Origin: an uncultured bacterium
GTDB lineage: Bacteria; JAJVIF01; JAPKYR01
Direction of reading: 5' to 3'
Assembly (NCBI GenBank): GCA_965369865.1
Contig: CBDURU010000064.1
Location: 1 to 19,998 of the forward strand
DNA length: 19,998 nucleotides
Part shown: positions 1 to 8,077 of the stretch, piece after piece
How the letters are laid out: every line of letters begins with the position of its first letter
Position numbering within the stretch: position 1 is the stretch's first letter
Notes under the pieces: model-generated
Told to the model about the DNA's origin: nothing
What the model saw: only the letters and a program-made list of their open reading frames with translations
The model's database searches: none
Translations under genes and position numbers: made by a program

Positions 1-2434
1 CGTCACCTTCTTCAAGCTGAACACCTGGACCGGGATCCAGGTCCTTGGTGTCCGTGAAAAACCCGGTGACCAGTACATTATCTGAATTATCCGCGGTTAA
101 GTAGCTCCCTCCCCACATTTGATTGTACCCGGGATAATCGCAGTACCCGACAGCTTCCCAGGTTTTTACCCACGTGAAATCACCGGTTGCACTCCATTTC
201 AAAAGGTAAACATCGCCATATACGCCAGTTGATGTATGTTCATCAACACCCGCACCGGGATCGAAATCGACAGTGCCCAGAAATCCGCCAAGTACATATA
301 TATGGCTGGTGCTGTCGGTTGCGACACCGAACACGGTTTCGCCTGTATCCATTCCATTGTTTACATCCCCCCATGTATGAGCCCACTTGTGATTCCCGTC
401 CTGGTCAAACTTGGTGATATAAGCATCAAATCCACCGGAATTATTCCCAGTTGAAATATGTTCATCCACTTCAGGGCCGGGGTCAAAATCACAAGTGCCT
501 CGAAATATCCCGACTACATACACATCATCGAACTGGTCCACGGCAACCCCATGTGCCCTGTCCCACCAGGCAGGACCACCGTATAAGCCTCCCCCCCAGG
601 TTCTGGCCCAAATGAAGTTACCGCCCGGATCGAATTTAGTAAGGTAAGAATATTCCAACCCATCCGAGGTATGTATATCCTCTCCCGGTCCCGGATCGAA
701 ATCAACAGTCCCGCTGAACATGCCACAAACATATATATTTCCTGCACTATCGATAGCTATGCCATCACCTAATCCTATATTGGAGTCGGTTGGCCAGCTC
801 AAATCCCAGATTGATTCCCCATCAGGATCGATTTTCCTCAGAACTGAAGCACCTTCACTTTCAATATCCTGGCCGACGACATAGATATTTCCGCTGTTAT
901 CCGTTGCTACCTCGTTATTCCAGGTCCAATTCGATCCGATCCATGTCCGCACCCAGCCTTTCGCACTCGATGGGAGAATTTCGATATCTATCTGTTCATC
1001 CAGCAGATCCCAAGAACCCTCGTCGTCCCAGACACGAAGCTGCAGATGGTAAATGCCCGGTGTATCCCATGAGTGTGTAGTGACCGGCGGTTCCTGAACA
1101 AAATTCAGATCGCCGTTCCAGTCCCATTCCCACGAAGCGATATATTCTCCGCCCTCGTCATTATCATGGGATGCCGACGCATCGAATTCGATCCAGTCTC
1201 CAATTCCGGCAATGTACATATTTGCTTCCGCCACCGCGGTCGGGGGTTCGTCCAGGGTTTCCCATACTTCGATCATAATTATCTGGTACGCCCGTAAATC
1301 GAGCCAGGGCTGGGTTATCGGATCATTTTCTGTATCTTCCGCACTGATCAGCAGCGGATACTGTCCAGCGTCAGCGCCTTTCTCGTTTGGTACTACCACT
1401 GCCCACTGTGTGTAACCATCGTACTGCATTACGAGTTCCGGATCCTTAAGACCAAAGAACAGGTCCGGCGCTTCCACCTTAACCGATGACAGGTTTGACG
1501 GGTCCTGCCAGTCGTAAATATCGATCCACAATGCTGTTTCACCGCTACTACCAATCGGACCAGCGGAAGCTTCTATTTTCCATGGTTCAGGACAGTTAGC
1601 GTCGAGATCGAAATCGGTCATCGGATCTTCGACCGGATCGACCAGCGGGATATCCCAGGACGCATCGACACAGTAATTCAGGTATACAGGACCGCTCGGG
1701 AGTTTCATTTCGTAAGTAACTTTCGCGCTTGAACCGGCATAGAATCCATTTCTTGTATTGGCGGGATCGTCCGTGATGTGACGTTTGTAGCCGTTTACAT
1801 GGGCGAAATCGGCCATGCCGCCAAAGGAGTATTTCCCGAACTCAAATCCCTGCAGGCCGTTCGGACCCTGGCCCATCGTGTCGCTGCAATAGAGAGTAGT
1901 GTAGCCATCTGCATTAACCAGGGCTCCGGAAGTACTGTCCGAAGTCGTAACTTTCAGCGGTTCCGTGGTGAACTGGTATATATGTGCAGGGAATACCTTG
2001 TTCCATGGAAACATGATGATGCCGCGCACATCGAAACAGGTTACGTTAGGATGCGACCAGGGATGAGTTATCTCGATATCGACAGATAAAATCCCATCCG
2101 GTAAAACATGAATGTTCGACAGCGCAAAGCAATCGGTGCAAGGCGATTTCTCAAGAAATCTCAGGATGTTGAGGTGCATCCCTGCTTCACGCAACGGCGC
2201 TATCTCAACCTTGATATCATCCGGGTAGGTTGGGTCGATGTAAATCGAAGCGTAGATCAATGGGATATGACCAGCCGCTTGAGCTTCGTGCGATTGGTCA
2301 TCCTGTTGAAGTAATGTCAAACTACCCGGCTCAGTTACTAAGGGGGGTGCTGACGGTCCTCCTCCGCCTGCGCATCCGCAGATGAATACCGTAGTAACAA
2401 ACAAGTAAAAACCGACTCGATAAAAAGAAACCAT
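1..2434 (-). CDS. Large lipoprotein, 3'-truncated by the window edge (>811 aa): conserved N-terminal module + PKD domain + SBBP-type beta-propeller repeats
   Basis: Manual translation of the minus strand is stop-free from ATG 2434 (preceded by GGAGAG) to base 1. It begins MVSFYRVGFYLFVTTVFICGC (lipobox). It contains HLNILRFLEKSPCTDCF, FDVRGII, NADGYT, VDASW and ANCPEP; then PKD motifs (PPTAVAEA, FDASASHDND, WEWDWNGD, PGIYHLQLRVWDDEG at about 1250-970); then repeats such as IAIDSAGNIYVCG..GTVDFDPGPG and YLTKFDPGGNFIWARTWGG. Confidence 0.92.
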   Translation of the reverse strand, partial: MVSFYRVGFYLFVTTVFICGCAGGGGPSAPPLVTEPGSLTLLQQDDQSHEAQAAGHIPLIYASIYIDPTYPDDIKVEIAPLREAGMHLNILRFLEKSPCTDCFALSNIHVLPDGILSVDIEITHPWSHPNVTCFDVRGIIMFPWNKVFPAHIYQFTTEPLKVTTSDSTSGALVNADGYTTLYCSDTMGQGPNGLQGFEFGKYSFGGMADFAHVNGYKRHITDDPANTRNGFYAGSSAKVTYEMKLPSGPVYLNYCVDASWDIPLVDPVEDPMTDFDLDANCPEPWKIEASAGPIGSSGETALWIDIYDWQDPSNLSSVKVEAPDLFFGLKDPELVMQYDGYTQWAVVVPNEKGADAGQYPLLISAEDTENDPITQPWLDLRAYQIIMIEVWETLDEPPTAVAEANMYIAGIGDWIEFDASASHDNDEGGEYIASWEWDWNGDLNFVQEPPVTTHSWDTPGIYHLQLRVWDDEGSWDLLDEQIDIEILPSSAKGWVRTWIGSNWTWNNEVATDNSGNIYVVGQDIESEGASVLRKIDPDGESIWDLSWPTDSNIGLGDGIAIDSAGNIYVCGMFSGTVDFDPGPGEDIHTSDGLEYSYLTKFDPGGNFIWARTWGGGLYGGPAWWDRAHGVAVDQFDDVYVVGIFRGTCDFDPGPEVDEHISTGNNSGGFDAYITKFDQDGNHKWAHTWGDVNNGMDTGETVFGVATDSTSHIYVLGGFLGTVDFDPGAGVDEHTSTGVYGDVYLLKWSATGDFTWVKTWEAVGYCDYPGYNQMWGGSYLTADNSDNVLVTGFFTDTKDLDPGPGVQLEEGD

Positions 2435-2483
2435 AATTATACTCTCCGGTTTTTGGGGGAACAGTCTGCTATTACCAAGTCAA

Positions 2484-2511
2484 ATTATACGCTATAAAAG
2501 TGTAACCTCAA
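2484..2511 (-). promoter_or_regulatory. Putative sigma-70 promoter for the <1..2434 lipoprotein
   Basis: Minus strand reads TTGAGG-N16-TATAAT, about 50 nt upstream of the ATG. Confidence 0.5.
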
Positions 2512-2535
2512 ATAAAACGAGGTGTCGCTTTGCAA

Positions 2536-3531
2536 TTATTTCTTCACGGCGGTAATCGAATCAAGCCAGCCGATCAGTTTTTTTTCAGTTTCCTTATCCT
2601 TGGAATACCGACGCACGAGGTCATAGTAACGATTCGTGTAAACAGGCCGAAGGTCTTCCGGGAGGACACCGAGCAACCAGGAAAGCCCGTGTTCAAAAAT
2701 GCTCAGGGAAGCCGGAATGTCGTCCTCTCGAGCATACCGTTCCGTCATGAAAATGTAATAAGCCTTGAATTCCTCGGTGAACCCGCCCGCATCAAATGTC
2801 GCTTCGTTTTTGATCCAGTGTTCAAGTGGAGGAACGGAGTCCTTATCGATCTCAACCGATTCCTTAACAGAAAGCCTTTGGACCTTGTAGAAACTCGGGA
2901 ACCCGTGTATTTCCTCATCCTTTGTCAGGACAAAACGGCCATCGGCGTGACCCGCCGCCATTGCATGGATGAAATCATCATCGATGTCAAATGCTCCGCC
3001 CTTAGACAGAAGTTCAGTCAGGACCAGGTAGAACAGCTTCCAGTTCCTGAGATGTGCTCCACCGCCGGGATCACGGTACACAAGGTAACCCTCATCGGTT
3101 TCACCCGGCACGCCTCCCCCGACTTCCGCAACTTCAAGTTTCACAGCACCGGGGATTTCATCGAACCGCTTTCTCAGGATCATTATCGGGCCATGGCCAG
3201 TGAGGTAAAAACTTCCGGTACCCATGAGACGGCAGATCCCAACCGCAGCCCAGAGCCTGGCGTAATATTCAGTCCATTCGGCCCAGACCGGGAAATCACC
3301 CTTCTTTAAATAAACCGCGGCAAGATATTCTTTCAGGCTCTTCAGGAGATAGGAATCGGTCTCAAAAAGGAAGGAACCATCGAGCCATTTTGATCGATAG
3401 AAACCCAACCCGATTCTTAACTGGTCGCGTGATGTGTTTCTCAGGTTTTCATCAAGAAAATAATAAACGTAACCCATCTGAGGTTTGATGCCGTCATAAT
3501 ATTCAATGAGATAATCCTGAAGTGGAATCAT
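2536..3531 (-). CDS. Hypothetical protein (331 aa), probably cytoplasmic
   Basis: Long ORF filling the gap between genes, AGGTG upstream of ATG, natural amino-acid composition, no recognised motif or signal peptide. Confidence 0.8.
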   Translation of the reverse strand: MIPLQDYLIEYYDGIKPQMGYVYYFLDENLRNTSRDQLRIGLGFYRSKWLDGSFLFETDSYLLKSLKEYLAAVYLKKGDFPVWAEWTEYYARLWAAVGICRLMGTGSFYLTGHGPIMILRKRFDEIPGAVKLEVAEVGGGVPGETDEGYLVYRDPGGGAHLRNWKLFYLVLTELLSKGGAFDIDDDFIHAMAAGHADGRFVLTKDEEIHGFPSFYKVQRLSVKESVEIDKDSVPPLEHWIKNEATFDAGGFTEEFKAYYIFMTERYAREDDIPASLSIFEHGLSWLLGVLPEDLRPVYTNRYYDLVRRYSKDKETEKKLIGWLDSITAVKK

Positions 3532-3685
3532 ACTTACACCTGGTAATCGTTAGACTTCCCCAACGGATTGCTGGGAAGGTAATCGTACCATTGCAGGGCA
3601 AGCCGGGCAATAAGGCAGGTTATGTTTGGACCCGATTAATGAAGATATCAACCCGATTCTTAAAGCCCACATTAATTACCATGAC

Positions 3686-3715
3686 AAAAAAACCCACCAT
3701 GATTGATGGGGATTT
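3686..3715 (-). terminator. Putative intrinsic terminator after the small Cys-motif gene
   Basis: Minus-strand RNA AAAUCCCCAU-CAAUC-AUGGUGGGUUU runs into a U tract, about 35 nt after the stop at 3751. Confidence 0.55.
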
Positions 3716-3750
3716 CAAAAAAATCAGGCTATTATAACAGGTTGAAATTA

Positions 3751-4074
3751 TTACCAGATCCAACTTACGTATTTTGTTCCCTCAGGCGTCACGCGGTAAT
3801 TACCGATGTCCGGATCGACCTTGTAAGGGTTGGACCTTATAAGCTCGAAGCAATCGATTTCACCGGATATCGAATTAACTTTAGCACGGTAAACACATCC
3901 GTTGGCGCATGTAAATCCGGAAATCTCCTCCTTGTTGTATCTTGGTTTTACGTTACGGCAACTGCAGCCCGGGGTTGGGCACTTATGGATAAGAAACATA
4001 TCCCCCTTTCGGTTTCCTGCCCTTGAACCGGACTTCTGGGTCGCCCGGGATTTATCATATGATTGGTTATACAT
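3751..4074 (-). CDS. Small putative zinc-binding protein, Cx4Cx18Cx3C (paralogue of 4423..4752)
   Basis: KCPTPGC-x18-CANGC, DPD and GTKYVSW align with the neighbour. Start 4074 is preferred (AAGGA upstream; 107 aa vs 109 aa for the paralogue); 4095 is the alternative start. Confidence 0.82.
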   Translation of the reverse strand: MYNQSYDKSRATQKSGSRAGNRKGDMFLIHKCPTPGCSCRNVKPRYNKEEISGFTCANGCVYRAKVNSISGEIDCFELIRSNPYKVDPDIGNYRVTPEGTKYVSWIW

Positions 4075-4422
4075 CGCGAAGATCGTCCTTTCCATAAGAA
4101 CAGGGGTGATAGATTTTATAAGTCAAGTATCATCCCTTAGTGTTTCCGTCTGTTTGATTTAGTAATCTCGCATATCAGCCCTATACTCCAATCGGCCTTT
4201 GTCTCCTACGATATATTTATATTATAAATTTACATTCAAGTTTGTATTTTTGAAACCACCAGATTGAGGCTAAATTCTGGGTACCAGTTTCGTCCTTTAT
4301 TTTTCATAATTTCCGGATATAAATTTTGATACGTTAATCTGGACATCTTTGTCTCGGCCCCAAAAATTCTGGCTGGTTTGCATGGTCTGGTTTCATGAGA
4401 ACGTTGATCGATTTCGACCGGA

Positions 4423-4752
4423 TCAATACCAGTCTACATACTTCTCTCCGACCGGGTTGAACTTCAAACCCCGTATGTAATCAGGGTCAGTGAAATGGGA
4501 TTCATTAAATGAATCGAGCTGGTAATAAATTATTTCCTGTGTAAACGCGTTACGATGCACAGAGAGTACACAACCTTTTTCGCATGAAAATCGGACAAGG
4601 TAACCCCCTTCATAGGTTGTGTCAAACTTCCTGCCGCCACAATTCGGTGTGGGGCATTTAGTCAGAGTAAATGGTTCAGGACTATCCGGGTTTACAAGGT
4701 TGCCCGGACCTTGTTCCTGTTTCATGAATTCATCAAAACTCGGAGGTTGCAC
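4423..4752 (-). CDS. Small putative zinc-binding protein, Cx4Cx18Cx3C (paralogue of 3751..4074)
   Basis: GTG start with a strong AAGGAGG Shine-Dalgarno; KCPTPNC-x18-CEKGC, DPD, GEKYVDW. Confidence 0.85.
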   Translation of the reverse strand: MQPPSFDEFMKQEQGPGNLVNPDSPEPFTLTKCPTPNCGGRKFDTTYEGGYLVRFSCEKGCVLSVHRNAFTQEIIYYQLDSFNESHFTDPDYIRGLKFNPVGEKYVDWY

Positions 4753-4862
4753 GGAAATAACCCTCCTTAGAATGCAAATCTATATTATATTAAAACCGAT
4801 CCATCCTCGTTAAGGATTTGTTAAATCACCATCCTAAATATTCACCGGTTCCCTTCACTTAA

Positions 4863-4890
4863 ACTGTACCACCCCTGTAATTCCAGTCAA
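4863..4890 (-). promoter_or_regulatory. Putative sigma-70 promoter upstream of 4423..4752
   Basis: Minus strand reads TTGACT-N16-TACAGT with an extended -10 TG. Confidence 0.55.
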
Positions 4891-4975
4891 GAGGAAAAAG
4901 TAAAAAAAAATCAAGTATAAGTTAGTGTTTACTTATTTTGCGATGAATTTTTTTCCATTATCACCGATCCAACTT

Positions 4976-7006
4976 TCACCAGCCCCAGCCCCAGGAGGGG
5001 GATTGATCGTATGTATCATCGTCGGTTACCTGTAAAAGTTCATCGGTCTGCCAGAAATATATAAAAAGCTCCGTATCGAATATATTGTCTGGTAGTCCTG
5101 AATAAACGAAAGACAATCCATCCGGGGAAAATGAAGGGTGATTTTCTCCTGACCCGGTATCGTAATGAAATATAATCTCCTCTGTGAAAGGATTGATAAT
5201 ATAAAGGTCTGTTTCATAATCAGGATGGTGATCCCTGCTTGATTCATATATAAGGAGATATTCACCATCAATCGGGACCGGGCTCCAGGATGGGTGTACA
5301 TCAATCCCGGGAGCCGCCATGATCTCGGTAAATTTATTTTCATCCATGTCATAGAGCCATAATTCACTCGACGGAGGGTCCACAAATTCAAGCCCAAGTG
5401 TCATTGCGATAAAGCCGCCATCCGGGCTGACTGCCGGATTCCGTATTGTATCTGGTGCAGTCGCGATTTTAGTGCGGTTTGCACCGTCATATTCCATCAT
5501 GTACAGGTCCGGAGTGTTACCCCATTGCTCTCCGGAAGCGGTGATAATGTGAATTCCATCCGGATGGAAATCAGCGAAATCATCCACCTCATCGGTCGGA
5601 ATTGCCCAGTTGCCGCCCCCAAACTCATACACACGTACATTACTGAAATAAGGTGTCGGACCGGCACAGTGAAGGTGGTGAGTTCCCAGAGGATTTATCC
5701 TTGGATCATGGAACAGGTAGCCCACACCGAAAAAATCAGTCAACTGGGTTTCTATCATTGTGTCCAGGTCGAGATGCCAGACATTGGATGCGCCCGGTTC
5801 GCCAGTTGAACCAGGGGGCCCGGGCGCGATATAAACCAGATCACCCGTTATCTCAGGATTAATGGCTTCCAGTACAGGAATTGTTGTTAATGAATATGCG
5901 TGATTAATATCACCGAGCCAGAAGTCCTCTTCCTGGTCCTTAACTCTCAGTAATGCCTGGTAATCACCTATCGGCATACCGGATTCATTTATGATTTCGA
6001 ACCTGATATACAAATCGGTTGGAGTTGTTATTTCGATCTCGGATGGGATCAGTTCCCCTGTCCATAAGTCCGGGCATTCAAGGGAAGCGGATTCAACGGT
6101 TTCAGCACCCTGGTAATCATACAGGCTGAATTCAATTTCCCCTGTACTGCCCGGGATTTCAGTTATGTTTTCAATAATACTGACACTCGTGATTACAGGC
6201 TCTAAAGCATTTGCCGATACCGGGAAGTCGGTCTCGATATCATGGGGAGGATTCACAGTCGGTAACTCCCAGCTCGCGTCGATAGCATATCCGAGCCTGA
6301 TCTTCCCGGGTACAAGTTTGAAATCCAGGGTTCTTGTCAGGGATTGTGTTGTCCCAAGGTGGTTCCTCGGTTCAACGCCATAGGATATGTATGGGTTTAC
6401 AGTTCCCGTAAACTCCCCTTTAAAAGCCAGCTTGCCCTTCGAATATTCCAGGATTGGAAACGGTCCGCTACCCTCACCGAATTCAACCGTATTCCACAGT
6501 CTTGTATATCCATCTGATTCTATTAATGTAAAATCACCGCTGGCAATGTCCGGGATCAATGCGTCCATAGATGGGAAATACAGGCTTCCATCCGTGATAA
6601 TAACAACCCGCACGTCAAATACCGTATAAGCGTCCAATCCGGGGAGAGGGTGGGTGATCCGAATCGAAGCACTCAATATTTGTTCAACCTGATCCAGCAC
6701 CAGCTCCACGACCTTGAAACAATCGGTGCACGGTGCTTCCTCAAGTAATTTCCGTATGTTCAAATGAATCGAATTTGATCTCCCGGGAACAATTTCCATA
6801 CTGTCATGAGAATCCGGTATGTAAGCATCCCAGTACCCGATCAGAAAATGTCCACCGGCACCTGAAGCTGGAGAGTCCCTGATATCTGATACAGGCGTTG
6901 ATAGAGGCGAACCTCCACTCTGGCCTTCCGAACATCCAACGGGGATAATTAAAATCCCAATTGTGACAATTATCGATATTATCCTTTCTGGTAAGCCGTA
7001 TCGCAT
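4976..7006 (-). CDS. Lipoprotein: conserved N-terminal module + TolB/PD40-like beta-propeller (676 aa)
   Basis: GGAGG RBS; signal peptide ending IIPVGC. Shared motifs HLNI..LE..PCTDCF, FDVR, DGYT, AIDASW, ANALEP. C-terminal PD40-like repeats PAVSPDG, HPSWSP, HPSFSPDG, SPSW. Confidence 0.9.
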   Translation of the reverse strand: MRYGLPERIISIIVTIGILIIPVGCSEGQSGGSPLSTPVSDIRDSPASGAGGHFLIGYWDAYIPDSHDSMEIVPGRSNSIHLNIRKLLEEAPCTDCFKVVELVLDQVEQILSASIRITHPLPGLDAYTVFDVRVVIITDGSLYFPSMDALIPDIASGDFTLIESDGYTRLWNTVEFGEGSGPFPILEYSKGKLAFKGEFTGTVNPYISYGVEPRNHLGTTQSLTRTLDFKLVPGKIRLGYAIDASWELPTVNPPHDIETDFPVSANALEPVITSVSIIENITEIPGSTGEIEFSLYDYQGAETVESASLECPDLWTGELIPSEIEITTPTDLYIRFEIINESGMPIGDYQALLRVKDQEEDFWLGDINHAYSLTTIPVLEAINPEITGDLVYIAPGPPGSTGEPGASNVWHLDLDTMIETQLTDFFGVGYLFHDPRINPLGTHHLHCAGPTPYFSNVRVYEFGGGNWAIPTDEVDDFADFHPDGIHIITASGEQWGNTPDLYMMEYDGANRTKIATAPDTIRNPAVSPDGGFIAMTLGLEFVDPPSSELWLYDMDENKFTEIMAAPGIDVHPSWSPVPIDGEYLLIYESSRDHHPDYETDLYIINPFTEEIIFHYDTGSGENHPSFSPDGLSFVYSGLPDNIFDTELFIYFWQTDELLQVTDDDTYDQSPSWGWGW

Positions 7007-7093
7007 AGCTATTAAACCTCCATAGTGTTAAGTGTTAACCGAAAATTTCTAAACTACATCATGATCCCCAGGGAAGAGCCGGGGAACCTGTTA

Positions 7094-7107
7094 ATATTGT
7101 ACAATAT
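7094..7107. promoter_or_regulatory. Perfect 14-bp palindrome ATATTGTACAATAT in a divergent intergenic region (possible operator)
   Basis: Self-complementary sequence between the divergent genes starting at 7006 (-) and 7240 (+). Confidence 0.35.
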
Positions 7108-7239
7108 ATTTCATCGTGTAACTAATAATCAGGCGAAGGAAACACCGTTTGGGTTCAATAATATTGCGATTACCGGGCGACTGAGCTAATATCTCAGGGA
7201 AGGACATCCAAATATCTGGAGAAGAGGAGATATTTAAGT

Positions 7240-7614
7240 ATGGATTTATACGACTCACCAGTGGGAGAATTCATGGGAGACAAGCCCGAACCGGATAAGA
7301 GCGGCACCCCGGATGTACATGTGTTTGACCAGGCTGGCATTACCGCTGTAACCGCTGACAGGATCGAGCTTAACCAGTCGGCGACATTGCTTACGGCGGG
7401 TGATGAGATATCAATGAACGAATCCACTTCGGTGGTTACACTCGCCGATGAGGTCGAAGCAACCGGTTCTTCATTATTTCTTGTAGTTTCGAATAAAATC
7501 CAGGGCGAATACTCCGCTGTTTTCACCCCGGTAACCGCGATGATTTTCGGTGCTGCCATGGGGGTGGCAGTTTTCACGCTTAGCATGATATTCCGTCCAT
7601 GGAGAAGGCGCTGA
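7240..7614 (+). CDS. Small 15-residue-repeat (probable beta-solenoid) protein with C-terminal membrane anchor (124 aa)
   Basis: GAGGAG RBS; repeats VTADRIELNQSATLL / TAGDEISMNESTSVV / TLADEVEATGSSLFL; hydrophobic C-terminal helix followed by RPWRRR; paralogue adjacent. Confidence 0.85.
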   Translation: MDLYDSPVGEFMGDKPEPDKSGTPDVHVFDQAGITAVTADRIELNQSATLLTAGDEISMNESTSVVTLADEVEATGSSLFLVVSNKIQGEYSAVFTPVTAMIFGAAMGVAVFTLSMIFRPWRRR

Positions 7615-7702
7615 GGATCAGACTGGTATTCGATAAAATAAAAATATTGAATTTTAATACCGGGATCATTATTAAATTTTTACACTCTGGAGAAATTAAA
7701 CC

Positions 7703-8077
7703 ATGACAGATAATCAGGATACATCAGAAGTGTTCTATGAACCCCCGATCGAGACAGAAAAATCCGGATACACCAATCTGACTGACGGCGACACGGTAAA
7801 TTTGCAGCACGATGCCAAGCAGGTGATCGAGGCTAACATTGTCAGGATGCAGCAGTCGGCGGCTTTCAGTGTGCTCGCGGACGATGTCGAGATGAATGAA
7901 TCGGTCGGGTTCGTGGTCAGGGCCGATGAAATCCGCATTGACAACTCGGTATCATTCATTCTGGCAGCGGGAGAAGTGAAGGGAAATGTTACAACGCTTT
8001 TCACGCCGGCGACCGCAATGATCCTGGGCGGTGCGATAATACTGGGGATGTTACTTATCCGTCCACCGCGCCGGTGA
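7703..8077 (+). CDS. Small 15-residue-repeat (probable beta-solenoid) protein with C-terminal membrane anchor (124 aa), paralogue of 7240..7614
   Basis: GGAG RBS; repeats IEANIVRMQQSAAFS / VLADDVEMNESVGFV / VRADEIRIDNSVSFI; FTPATAMILGG TM segment followed by RPPRR. Confidence 0.85.
   Translation: MTDNQDTSEVFYEPPIETEKSGYTNLTDGDTVNLQHDAKQVIEANIVRMQQSAAFSVLADDVEMNESVGFVVRADEIRIDNSVSFILAAGEVKGNVTTLFTPATAMILGGAIILGMLLIRPPRR

Noticed and set aside
187..2314. Nine short ORFs in the track (eight on the plus strand, plus 514..747 on the minus strand)
   Set aside because: They are shadows or alternative frames of the continuous minus-strand lipoprotein gene <1..2434.
2530..3309. 259-aa plus-strand ORF
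   Set aside because: Antisense to the longer 331-aa ORF, TTG start with no RBS, and composition typical of an antisense frame.
4172..4219. Sigma-28 promoter upstream of the 3751..4074 gene (GCCGATTG on the minus strand)
   Set aside because: The nearest TAAA is 19 nt away, outside the 15-16 nt spacing.
4976..7006. Calling the 676-aa protein tolB
   Set aside because: Only the PD40-like propeller resembles TolB; the N-terminal module is different and no tol-pal genes are adjacent.
7194..8004. Minus-strand ORFs of 130 and 89 aa
   Set aside because: Antisense to the paralogous plus-strand pair, which have RBSs and conserved repeat and TM features.
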